This document shows, one piece after another, positions 1-11,612 of a DNA stretch of 64,000 nucleotides (positions within the stretch are counted from its first letter, which is position 1; the number at the start of each line of letters is the position of its first letter). The notes below the pieces were generated by a model. It had not been told where the DNA came from and searched no databases. It saw nothing but the letters and a program-made list of their open reading frames with translations. The DNA is from Octopus bimaculoides. Its lineage: Eukaryota. The position numbers and the translations under genes are program-made. The stretch is from positions 76,757,464 through 76,821,463 of the forward strand of contig NC_068991.1 of the NCBI RefSeq assembly GCF_001194135.2, written 5' to 3'.

Positions 1-345
1 TGGACTGGTTCTTGTGCGGTTGGCACATGAGATGCACCATTTTGAGCGTGGCCGTTGCCAGTACCGCCTGACTGGCTCCTGTAGGATTTTCGAGCGAGAT
101 CGTTGCCAGTGCCCCTGGACTGGCTTGTGCGGGTGGCACATAAAAGACACCATTTCGAGCGGGTGACACGTAAAAGCACCCACTACACTCTCTGAGTGGT
201 TGGCGTTAGGAAGGGCATCCAGCTGTAGAAACTCTGCCAAATCAGACTGGAGCCTGGTGTTGCCATCCGGTTTCACCAGTCCTCAGTCAAATCGTCCAAC
301 CCATGCTAGCATGGAAAGCGGACGTTAAACGATGATGATGATGAT
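1..345 (+). mobile_element. SINE with RTE-type 3' tail and internal tandem units, truncated by the window edge
   Basis: GGTTGGCGTTAGGAAGGGCATCCAGC...CGTCCAACCCATGCTAGCATGGAAAGCGGACGTTAAAC(GAT)n tail, which recurs many times in the window. Confidence 0.85.
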
Positions 346-904
346 CATCATCGAATTAGTTTTCTTTATAAATTTACATCTCATCATTTTATCCAGCCTT
401 CCTAAAATTTAAACGTGGTTATAACAATTTTTCAGCCAGTTATCTCCCTTAGTCCAATATTTTCCTTAAGACTGCAACTAAGAAATATTCAGTTAATGCA
501 GTAACCGAAAAAACGCCAACTGCAAATCAATGGCACGGAGTTTATTCAATCAAAACGATTTATCTTTTTGTCAAAATTATCAATACAAACGGCCAAAGAA
601 CTCCCAATCACAAGTCGTTGACAAATAAGCAATTTATGTTTTGTTTTTGTTTCACTGAACACATCTCCCATTCAATTTTCCGTTGTGAATGAAGCTTAAT
701 CTGAATTCGAATTGAAAAGAAATAAACCAGTTCAGGGAGAAGCGGTCCATTAACCCTGACCCCGCAGCACATAATGTATACAAGAACAACCAGCAGATTC
801 AATAAAAAGAACATCTATCACTTGTAAAGGATTTTTCTTGAAATTCTTTTTTAGTTTAATAATGGGAACTTTGAAAAGACGCTAATCCACAAACTGACAA
901 CACT

Positions 905-1610
905 GACATAACTGTTCTGTAAGTTTTATTTTTATTTTTAAAAAAAAAATTATAATTTTTTTTTTTTTAAGGTGGGGAATAACGGCAAAGCAAGAACATT
1001 ATTCATTCATCTTTGGGAGAGACTCAAAACAAAATTTATAAAATTCAAAAATAAACGTAATTATATTTTTTCTTTCTTCTCCAGAGATATTTCAGAATAC
1101 AATATGAAACTAGGATAAAGGGAAAAAAAAAAGAGAAAAAAAAAAAACAGTATGAGAACGATTAAGATAGAAAGTAAAAATAAATCTAGGATAACCAAGG
1201 TTTAATTATCCTTCAGTTTTGGTTGAATGTTGCAGTTAAAAAAATATTTTTAATTTTTGAAAAGGAAGAAAAGGATAAAGCCAAAGTGACAATTGTAACT
1301 TGAAAAATAACCTGGAAAGTTAACATAAAAGTAGGAGATTCAATGGTGTACACAAGCTCTGAAAGAGAATGTTAATCTAAAAATTAAACTGATAGATTTG
1401 TTTCTGACATTGTTAAATGGTGACATTAAACCAATATTAAAAAAGTTGAGACTGTTTAAGGCACCAACATCCAAATTCTACCCAGCAGCAATAGCTTCAT
1501 GTACCATAGAATTTCTGATGGAGCGAAACACCTACCTTAATAATAGTACGTGTCATTCAAGAGAATTTTTTTTTTAACTTGTGGTACAAATGGAGGTTGT
1601 TTTTCAGGGG

Positions 1611-1651
<41 letters not shown>

Positions 1652-3771
1652 GTGTGAGGAAGGGGTATATTTAATTGAAAAATCCGTATTCTATAGACTT
1701 TGCCACGCGAAGGGATGGGATGTCAGGATTTAAGTGTATAAATTTACTACATTTAATAAAATGTTTCACAGATTAGTTTTCAAAATATAAGCCTCAGGAG
1801 AAACAGCGTTTCTACATGATTGTTATAGATTTATACCAACTGACTTCATTGAAATTTTATAATGAACCACTTTGAAGTAGTACAAGCATACCACTGAGAT
1901 GGCAAGATAAATAAACACAGCTACAGCATACAGTTAAGCTTGCTAGAATCTCAATAAGCTTTCTTTAACACCATTCAAACGTAAAATCTAAGCTTCCTTG
2001 CTACTTCAGTTGAAATTTTGTTTGAACTGGATGAACTGGTATTAGGAATACATTGAAGATTCTACAAGAAGCAAATGTGTTTGAAAGACCACCTATCGTA
2101 TCAAAATAAGAAATTTTAAAAAACATTTTTGCTTCGTCTAACTAGGAAAACAATGTCTTTTGTTAAGTCTTAGCTGAACTAATAAATGTTGGTTGATTGT
2201 CCTTAACTCAGATTAGGAAAATTAGACAAACTTTAAAAACAACTTTTTAATCAAATAAGAACCTTTATTACAGATTTTCTTCAACTACATGCTTGTTAAT
2301 ACTCAAAAAAAGTCAATGAAGAATTCTGTACACGTGCACACAGGAACAAGAAAATATATTTGGAACAGTTTTAAAAACACAACCTATTTGGAACATCTTA
2401 ACTCAGTTCCTGCAATGCTTATTCTTGCTGATAATTAAAAAGCAATTTAAGGCTTTTTTTTTTTTTTTTTGAGAATGTCTTAATTATATTAGAAAGAAAA
2501 AAAAAAAAGACTTAATATGAGGAATTGTAATTCTGGCACAAGTTTATTCCGTTAAAAAAAAAAAAAAATTTGGAGCAGTCAGATATAAAAATCAGACAAA
2601 ATTAAAAGAATTAAAAACCTGTTATATCACTGAAGAAGCAGCCAGTCTTTATACAATAAAGAACAGTGAATCCCTTCATCAGTAGATATTTTATTAGGGT
2701 TAATAATATTAGTTCAATAAAGGTGAAATAACTAAGTCTTAAGAAAAAAATCTGCCAAATTATATTCACCATATCATTAAAAAGTGACAGCTGAAGATGA
2801 AAGACTTTCTTTATGATGTAGATAAAGCTGTCTGATAAAAAAAGGTAACACCATTCCAGATAGCTACCTAGAGAAAAAGTTTTAATCCATTCATCCAAAT
2901 ACATTTATGACGGAAAGCAGGTATGTGGTTTAAAATAATGATTTTGGTCTCTGTATCTATTAGTACTGCAGTTGACAGATACCTGAAGACAGCTACAGAT
3001 GAGCAATAAGGCGGCAGAAAATATTCTAACTTAGAAAAATAATACTTCAATGTTGGAAGATACCAGCACACAATTTAGCTACAATGGTCAGGTTTACTAT
3101 CTCTCCAATATTTCAAAGAGAGATTAAGTTTGTTTTTTTATTCAGATTTACTTTCGTTTTGTTACGATAAGAAAAAAATACTGGCATAATAATAATAATA
3201 CAAACCGTTTAACTATAACCAATGGCAAATGAAAAAAAAAAAATATGTTGAAATAAAATGTTATGCAAACAGGAATGAATACCAGCATAAGAGTAGGAAA
3301 AAGTGTTCATGAATGCATATTGAAAAGGCTGTCGAGCATGGTGCCAATAGCAACATGAACAATTTCGTTTTATGTATCTACAGACATACAAACCAATCAA
3401 CCATGCACACACATACCTATCTGTAGTCCACATGTCCATACAAACATTTTTCATTTTTTAAATTCATTTTAAATATAATTTCATATATATATATTCTTTT
3501 TTATAATTTTTATCATCTCGTTCAAACTGACTTGCAAAAAAAATCAGTGAATCAAATTGATTAGATTTAGATTAGATATCTGCAAAAAGTGGACTAAGTT
3601 TGTGAACATTGGAGAAAGCAGCAAGTTTTTCTTTTTTTTTTTTTGTAACAAAAAGCATGTTTTGAAAAAAAAAAAAAAAAAGTTTCCTTTTCTTTGTTGT
3701 AAGTGGGATACATAAGTGGGGGGGGAGAGGAAAAAGTTGGAAAGAATGAGAAAAATTGATGCGTGTCCAAA
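905..3771 (-). other. Putative 3'UTR of Rho isoform A (about 2.9 kb)
   Basis: No recognisable transposon. U-rich on the sense strand (A38 on + at 1611-1648). Ends near a double AATAAA followed by GU-rich sequence. The exact end is uncertain because other AATAAA hexamers exist. Confidence 0.6.
925..936 (-). terminator. Candidate poly(A) signal of isoform A (AATAAAAATAAA)
   Basis: + strand TTTATTTTTATT gives two AATAAA hexamers on the sense strand, followed by TATGTCAGTGTTGTCAGTTTGTGG (GU-rich downstream element). Confidence 0.55.
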
Positions 3772-4194
3772 TTACAACATGGTACAGGCTCCTTTCTTCT
3801 TCTTCTTTACTTGAAGTGCTGCCCGAGTAGCTGTTTCAAACACTTCTCTCACACCATCTTTGGTCTTAGCAGAACATTCTAAGTAACTATAGGCATTGAT
3901 CTTTTCAGCCATAGCACGACCATCTTCGGGTCGTACAGGTTCCTGCTTCATCTTCATAAGTTCTCTCTTTGTATTTTCATCATTTCGAAGATCTTTCTTA
4001 TTGCCGACCAAAATGATAGGAACATTAGGACAAAAGTGTTTCACTTCGGGGGTCCACTTCTCCGGTATATTTTCCAAACTGTCTGGACTGTCGATAGAAA
4101 AGCACATAAGAATCACATCTGTGTCAGGGTAAGACAAAGGTCGCAGCCTATCATAATCTTCTTGTCCAGCAGTATCCCAAAGAGCCAATTCAAC
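3772..4194 (-). CDS. RHOA: RhoA/Rho1 distal terminal exon A (aa 53-192, ends [11 protein letters not shown])
   Basis: Acceptor TTAAC...GAATTTTCTTTCGTAG|GTT at 4195, phase 0. Same 423-nt length as exon B, open to TAA at 3772-3774, with all G-box motifs and CaaX intact. The ORF-track start at 4188 is an internal TTG; the exon begins at 4194. Confidence 0.96.
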   Translation of the reverse strand, partial: VELALWDTAGQEDYDRLRPLSYPDTDVILMCFSIDSPDSLENIPEKWTPEVKHFCPNVPIILVGNKKDLRNDENTKRELMKMKQEPVRPEDGRAMAEKINAYSYLECSAKTKDGVREVFETATRAALQVKKKKKGACTML

Positions 4195-5729
4195 CTACGA
4201 AAGAAAATTCAAATCGTTAATTAAATATATTCCTAAAACATTGAAAATTAATACAAACATTAGCATTCTCAGCCATTATAAAATAATCTAATTTTGGAAA
4301 TAGGAAACTAGGTTTGTTTTTTTGTTATTATTATAATTGAAAAAGTCTTTCAATTTTGAAAATAAATGAAGGAATTTAGTAAAAAATTTTTTTTTTAATT
4401 CATTAAGCTGGTGCTTAGAACATAACATGAAATTTTGATGGAAGGTTTCCATTCATAAAATAAGTGGTCTGAAGTTGCTTAATATCAAAAAGATTAACAG
4501 ACCGGTGATGAGAACAAATTAAATAAAGATTCTATTACTAATCCCACAGCCCCTAATTTAACCATGAAAAATTGAATTAAAATTTAGCAAGTCTTTCATA
4601 TTGTTAATATAGATGAAAATAGGATTATAATTTAGTACCTACATTATGTGGGGCCTTCAGGATACGAATATTATCCTTGGTTCCTAAATGATTGCTAGTT
4701 TGAATCCAATCTACTACTATGTAACACACCCAGGGACATTAAAACAAGATGACAAATTGATCAATGGTGGGCATATAAATATTAAAAAATATTTTTACTT
4801 TGAAAAATGAGGTTAATAATCTGAGAGATTATAATCAGAATAAGTCACCCAATATTTATAAAACTTTATAGATTTAAATGCATGAAAACATCAATGTTCA
4901 GTAACTTTTCTAGATTATGTTATGATCTATGAATTTACAACCAGCTTAGTTTAAAATTTTTAAAAATAGAAAACATTTAGACTGAAATACAAACAGCAAG
5001 ACAAGAATTAAGAAAAAAAAACACCTTCCTGCTTTTTAAACCCCAAAGCAGTTACAAAAATATTACAGAAAAAAAAAAAAAATTGAATATATTCTTTCAA
5101 ATAAGAATGTATTTTAAAAACTTAAGATCTAATTTTATTTAGGCAAATAAAGTACTAAGATGGCTTATAAAGTTTGCAATACTTTCATTGTCCACCCTCT
5201 AAATATCAAAAATGTTTAAGCATGTATTTACTGCATAAATACATTGAGACCTAACTGTATAGTCAGTAATGGTTTTGCAGTTTTCTTGCATTCATATTTC
5301 ATCTCTTACTCTTTCTGCTATCACCCCGTCCTATCAAGTGTCCTCTTCCATAACTGATATCTCTTCTACCTGCTGGAGAAGAAAAAAAACAATCCTCTAC
5401 TGCTGCTGGTGGATGACGAGAAAAATGAGGCTGAGTGTGACCACTTTAAATGTTGATTCCATGACAAAATGCACCCAGTACATTCTGCAGACTGATTGGC
5501 AACAGGAAGAGCATAATATTTCAAAAATGGAAATGTGCAAGAGCGACCCTGATTCCAACCCGTTCTAAAAAGAAAGCAAGTAACTGAATAAGAACCAACT
5601 CGCCCATCCAATCCATGCCAATATAATGAAAAGTGTATAATAAATATTAAAAAAAAAAAAAAAGGCAGTATCCTATACATTTAGGTTACTAATTTTATAG
5701 TACTTAACGGAAAATTCAATTAGCATACT

Positions 5730-8099
5730 GTGCTATACCAACCTTGTACTTTATTCATGCTGTCTTCTCAGTTATGTTATCAATGGACAACAGATCAGCA
5801 ATACATTTTTGAACTTCCACACCAAATAATTTCCTTGACAATACTGTTCGATATTGAGAATAGCTAATGACTAAAATCTAAATTTTAAGCACTAAGATTC
5901 AATAGAATTTAAGTGACTGCAAAATTCTCATAACCTTTTAGCTATACAAAGATATGGATTTCTTTACAAAACCATAAAGACTTTAGTTTTTCAAAAAGGA
6001 AAATTTATTAGTTGATATTTTATTGTATTTCCTATATCACACATTATATCCATGAGAGATTTTAGCAAAAATTTAGAAGCTGAAATAAAATATTTTAATT
6101 ATTAAGCAATTATAAATATCCCCACTTAATACATTCTAGAGAAAAGAAAATTATTTTGACTAATCAGAGTCAAATGGTTCATTTAAGTGAAAAAAACAGA
6201 CAAAAATTGAATATCAGCCAGAATTTTATTTGGAGCACATGATACAGAAATTATAATCTTATCGACATTATAAGAATATTAAACATGAAAATGACATACT
6301 GGAATGTGTCACAGAAGTTTTTTCAATGCTGGAATATAAAGCTATCAACATTTGGGCCATTAACTATCAAGTACTATCACAGTAGAACAATGTTTTATAT
6401 CTTCATTTAAATTAACTACAGAAAAACCTCCAAATCCCACACTTGAAACTGAAACCAAATTTCAACACTAAATGGCATCAGAATTACCATTATCTAAGAT
6501 TTGAAGTGAGGGGGAAAGAATCGTAAATTGCAAACATTCCATGTTACAGATATATTGCATTCCTGAAAACTTTGCCATAATGTGGAATTCCAAAAAACAC
6601 AGGACTTTTGCACTACAGTGTTCCACGTTACAGCAAGAATTTAAAAGGAATGCAACACCTGTAACTTGGAAAATACCAATATATTCAAAGTTTATCTGCC
6701 ACTTATATTTGCGTCCTTGTACGTTTAATAGACAATTTTGAGATTAAAACAAAATAGATGTTAACGCAAATAATTGGATGACTTAATACAATCAGTATTC
6801 TAAGAAAAACTTATATACTAACAGCTTAAATGGAGCACTGTGTAAAAAATGAGCAATATTTTAAAATCGATATTACTGAAGTCAAATGCCAAGTGGCAAT
6901 ATAATGGTTAATTTTTAACCAAGGTACTTATACTTTCTCACATTCTATCCACCAAAACTAGGCTATTTCTCATTTCCAAAATCCATAAATTAAAACTGCT
7001 TTACAAGGAAGACAAATTCAACTTTATTCTAAATTTAACAGAATGTTGCAATCCAGAAAATACAAGTTCCAGCAGCCATGTTATAAAGAAAAAAAAAAGC
7101 TTTTCGTTATTATTTAAGTAGCAATTTTTTTAAGGCACTAAGGCCATTATGCACAAGAACTGTCCAAAAAATAATGCAGAGGGAACAGCATGATTAAATG
7201 AATAATGCTATGAAATTATCAATTATGTTTTGAAAGAGATTACGAGTATTAATCAAATGGAAACTAGATATATTTCAACCAAAGTTTCAGGTTCAATCAC
7301 AACTAGAAACTTTCAAGGCTCAACATGTTTACATTTCTTCAACAAGTAAACAAAGAGCAAAGACAAACCAGAGATGTCAAAATTTAAAATAAAAAAAAAA
7401 TTTAAAAAANNNNNNNNNNAAAAAAAAAAAAAAAATGAAAGAAAAATGCCAATTCTATTGCAACTTAAACTCATCCATTGTATACTAATATTTATTCAAT
7501 CAAAATATATTCCTGAATCCCATCAATGGCAAAGACCAGTAGAGGAATTTTAATGTTATAAAAAGTTATACAGTTTCTTCAATTTGTTATCCAGCAGATT
7601 TTTCTCATTGCCTGATGATCAGGATGTTCCAAGCTTTCATTAGCACTATTACGGTTATTAACAACGAAAAGCTGAAATATAGTAGTACCAGCAATAATAG
7701 TTGAACGGGTTCATTTTTTTTTTTTTTTAATACAAAAATGAGCTCTGCTCACTTTTCTGAAATTTAAAGAAAAAACTGCAACCAACAGCAATGGTTGTGC
7801 TGATTTAATTTACCATAGCAGAATCATAGCTAGTAGTAGTTTTGAGAGGAAACCAATTATATAGCAACGTATTTAAGGGGAATAATGGAACCGTTGCATT
7901 TATGGAAACCATCTTTTAATAGTACAAAAGCTGCAAATTGTTTTTGGCCAGAATTTCAAGTCATTGCAGTAGTATGAAGAGACATTTCTCAGGGAACAGT
8001 TGCACATACTGTAACAATGAACAACTGAAAATGCCAAGAGAAACACAGAAATAGGATAGACCTTCTTTCAGCACAGACTATAAAAATATCACCACCTTT
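5730..8099 (-). other. Putative 3'UTR of Rho isoform B with tandem poly(A) sites
   Basis: No recognisable transposon between the exon B stop and about 5.7 kb. Sense-strand AATAAA at 7491-7496 (followed by a U-rich tract), 7023-7028 and 5750-5755. Which site is used cannot be determined from sequence. Confidence 0.5.
7410..7419. other. 10-N gap between the two Rho terminal exons (other 10-N gaps at 33122-33131 and 36952-36961)
   Basis: N run inside a poly(A) stretch. Its true size is unknown, which matters for the single-gene interpretation. Confidence 1.
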
Positions 8100-8522
8100 T
8101 CAGAACAAGATACATCTTCCTCTTTTCTTCTTTTTGACTTGTAAAGCTGCTTTGGTTGCCGTTTCAAACACCTCTCTAACCCCCTCTTTAGTTTTGGCTG
8201 AACATTCTAAATATGAGAAAGCACCGATTTTTTCCGACATTGCTTTGCCATCATCAGCTCTTACAGGTTCTTGTTTCATCTTGGCCAATTCCCGACGTGT
8301 AGTTTCATCATTGCGCAGATCTTTTTTGTTTCCAACTAATATAATGGGAACATTAGGACAAAAATGCTTCACTTCAGGTGTCCACTTTTCTGGAATGTTC
8401 TCTAAACTGTCAGGACTATCAATAGAGAAACACATTAATATAACATCTGTATCAGGATAGGAGAGCGGTCGCAATCTATCATAATCCTCTTGACCGGCTG
8501 TATCCCATAAAGCCAATTCCAC
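8100..8522 (-). CDS. RHOA: RhoA/Rho1 proximal terminal exon B (aa 53-192, ends [11 protein letters not shown])
   Basis: Acceptor with long pyrimidine tract (TTTTTCTTTTTTTCTTAAATTTCAG|GTG) at 8523, phase 0. The first codon is GTG (Val), read as Met by the ORF track. Open to TGA at 8100-8102. Contains WDTAGQE, NKKD, ECSAK, a polybasic tail and a CaaX box. Joined to the shared exon it gives 192 aa. Confidence 0.96.
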   Translation of the reverse strand: MELALWDTAGQEDYDRLRPLSYPDTDVILMCFSIDSPDSLENIPEKWTPEVKHFCPNVPIILVGNKKDLRNDETTRRELAKMKQEPVRADDGKAMSEKIGAFSYLECSAKTKEGVREVFETATKAALQVKKKKRGRCILF

Positions 8523-9329
8523 CTGAAATTTAAGAAAAAAAGAAAAAGCTTGAATTTATTTTCAAAACAGACAAATTTCAGCATTAATCAAAGACAGCAA
8601 AAATGAAACATGTTAGTTAACTAAACCAGTGCCACATTAACTGACAATTCATTTTTAAAAAGTTTAGATTTGGTCAAAAAGCATTTAATGTCAAATTTAT
8701 TATGCAGGCAAAGTTAGAGCAGGAAAAGAAATTTAAAATCTATGTCCACTGGATCAAATTTTAATAGCATAAAAATTCGAGTACTTGTAAGAAATAATAC
8801 CAATACTGAATACCAGTCACTGTAGCAGATAATCTTGGCTTAATTGCTCTTCCAATACTACACTATGTTGGTGGGATTTGAGTATTTAGCTTTCATTACT
8901 TACATAAAGCATTTACAAACATTATCTGGAAACCTGAACATTTCTATGCCCAATAAAATAAGAGTCAATCAATTCGAAATTGCTCGGGTTCTGCTTTTGT
9001 GATATTATTCCAATTTAAAATTATCTATTTTGAAGGATATCTAGATCAATAATTGAGCTTAGAATGAATGCTGAGGAAATACAAAGCTGGTAAATGAAGT
9101 TAACTCCAAAAAACCATTAAGATTAATGAAAATATTAATCTCTCCTTGCAATGTATTTGCACCACAATTTTGACATTAATAGATAAAGCAGGTGAAAGCA
9201 TGTCACAACTAAAAATATTTGGTAATCTATGTTCCAGGATCAGTGTATGGGGACCAATAAAATCACAGAAATACAGACACAAATATATATATACATATGT
9301 ATATATATACACGTGTACATCAATAAACA

Positions 9330-9490
9330 TTCAGCTTCCTTGTTGGTATGGGCTGGTTTGTTTGATAGGTTGTAATAAGGAGGACTGTGCCATGCTCAAT
9401 GTCTACTTTGGTATGGTTTATATAGCTGGATTCCCTTCCTAATGCCAACCACTTAGTGTATTGGTTGCTTATAATGTCACCAGCATTAAG
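9330..9490 (-). mobile_element. Diverged copy of the RTE-tail SINE
   Basis: Reverse-complement similarity to 180-330 (CCCTTCCTAATGCCAACCAC; TTGGTATGGGCTGG). Confidence 0.65.
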
Positions 9491-11404
9491 ATCACTTCAT
9501 AATTTTCATGGATAAAGGCCAGAAGTCGCCCCTAAAACTGAAGGAGAAAGGTGGGTAGTAATTTTGGACAGTGGGAAGAGGGAGGACAACATGAACAGTT
9601 ATGATAAAGTTTATAGAGAAAGGGGAGGAAAGTACGGCAGAGAGATAAGGAAGGGATTTGTGATAGGTTAAGAAAAGGGAGCAACTGGGTGGGTCCTTAG
9701 GCTATGCTACATAAGAAAAGTATGGCCAAGTGTGAGGGAATGGGAACAATAGATTGGAGGGAGACAGTGACAGTTGTAAAACTTAAAATACTAAAATTTA
9801 CATTATAAACTTACACAATCTTGCAGTTTAAACATTAACTACAATTTCATCAATACAGTTTAATATTTATATTACAATTATTATGTTACATCTAATACAA
9901 AACAATTACACTTAGAAATCTCAAAAAAACTTCCAGAATTTAAATTGCTAAATCTCTTAAAACAAAAAATGAAATATAAAAAAAAGGAGAGAGAGAAAAA
10001 TTTTTCCTGACTCACAACACTAATTTTGTAATTAGCTTCCAGCTATTGAACAATGTAATTAAAAAGTTTATAGAAACAACATTCGAAATTATTTCCAATC
10101 CATGTATGAAATATTCAGTTGTCTGCATCTAAAAATGAAATTTCCAATAAAAATAGCAAGATATTTGTACATAATTAGCATATATCTTGTGTTGTAGAAG
10201 AGAGCCAAGGAAAGGTCCCTACTAGGATTATCATTGTTGGAACACATCCGAAACAATTCAAAGAAAAGGGGTGAAGAATGTGATCATGGAATTATTCCGA
10301 AAACAAGTTGCACAAGGATAGATGTGTCACAAGACAACAGGTGAACCCACACAGTTTGTCAAGTGATGCCAAGAGATTGGATGAGAACCATTCAGAAGGC
10401 CTCTCAGGAAATGGAAAAACAACAGCGAAACAATTTGAGTCCAAATGGAAAAGAGTGCAATCAAGAGAAAAACGGAAGCATTTTGTGACCGGTGTTGTAT
10501 AGGAACACCCAAGTCTGGTCAATAAAAGAGAATTATGTTCTGATAAAAGTAACAAATTGCATATTTGCAATAACAAGCATGTCCATTATTAAAAGCAGCC
10601 ACTGGCATCATGAGGAGTAAATTAATCCAACTTAATAGATTTCACTTCAATACCATCAGAGTTGTAAATACGTTAGCTCCAAGTTTCATCATACACAAAG
10701 ATTCATTTTACTCTAGCTTTAATATTTAATAAATCATGAAGACAAGTAGTTTCCTTACAGACTTAAGAGCAACTAAGATAAATCCATTCAAAATACCACT
10801 CCTGGAATTTGTTCAAAACTTATGAACCTTTAAGGATATAATCTCTTAATATTCATTCAGTGAAACCATATACTCTCAGCAACTTTTAATAAAAATCTTT
10901 ATATTTAAAATTATTTCTAAATCAGTAACTGCTAACTAGTTTGGGTTTTAACTAAGGCTTCTGGAATTAAGGAAAAAAAACATTTTTCAGAAGAAAATTT
11001 ACATCCTGCTGCTACACAAACATCCTGAATCACAGAAGAGATACAAGTCACAACTAATAGCTATTCAAACACTAGCACACTCCACCCTCCAGCATAAAGG
11101 CATGCTGTCGCTTCATTGTCACAACTAAAACGGCCTTTGTTCCCGAAAGCTAGTGTCCTCTATTTGGACAGCCTGCCACCAGTCTTTTGAGTTCACATCT
11201 CTACCCACTTTCTCATCCAAACACTGACCCTCTGCCAGCATGAAGTTCAGTGGACATACAATAGTCATGGGCAATAATGTACCTTTCTCCAAACAAAAAA
11301 GAAAAAGGTGAATGCACCAATTAGCTGGCAGAAGAGTACTGCTTCACTAAGCAACACTTCATAAATTTTGAAGTAAATATTTACTTTTGCTTCACATTAT
11401 CACA

Positions 11405-11612
11405 CAAGCAGCATCCAGATTACTGTCAAATGTAATGCTTATTTATAACACAGCTTTTTGAATTAGTTGTGCACTATCTCGTGGCTTTGAGCTTTCAGTG
11501 ATGTGATTGTATAGTTTCAGAATGAGATTGTAGGGTGGGTGAAGTAGGCCAGATCTAGCTGGTTTGAATATATTTGAGCTGGATATGGCCAGTTTAAATG
11601 CTAATGGGTTAA
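11405..11612. mobile_element. piggyBac-like MITE (TTAA end)
   Basis: Ends TTTAAATGCTAATGGG|TTAA and shares its internal sequence (GGCCAGATCT..., AATATTTG..., GATATGGCCAG) in the opposite orientation with the copy at 61642-61760. Confidence 0.55.

Noticed and set aside
3896-8460. + strand ORFs 3896-4132, 4036-4224 and 8134-8460
   Set aside because: Antisense shadows of the Rho exons with no independent coding features.
3772-8522. Two independent Rho genes, or one gene plus a processed pseudogene
   Set aside because: Only one N-terminal exon is visible. Both copies start exactly at a splice acceptor, have no lesions and show only synonymous change over 73 codons. Not fully excluded because of the 10-N gap at 7410.
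3772-8522. Assembly or haplotype duplication artefact
   Set aside because: Synonymous divergence is far too high and the flanking non-coding sequences are dissimilar.
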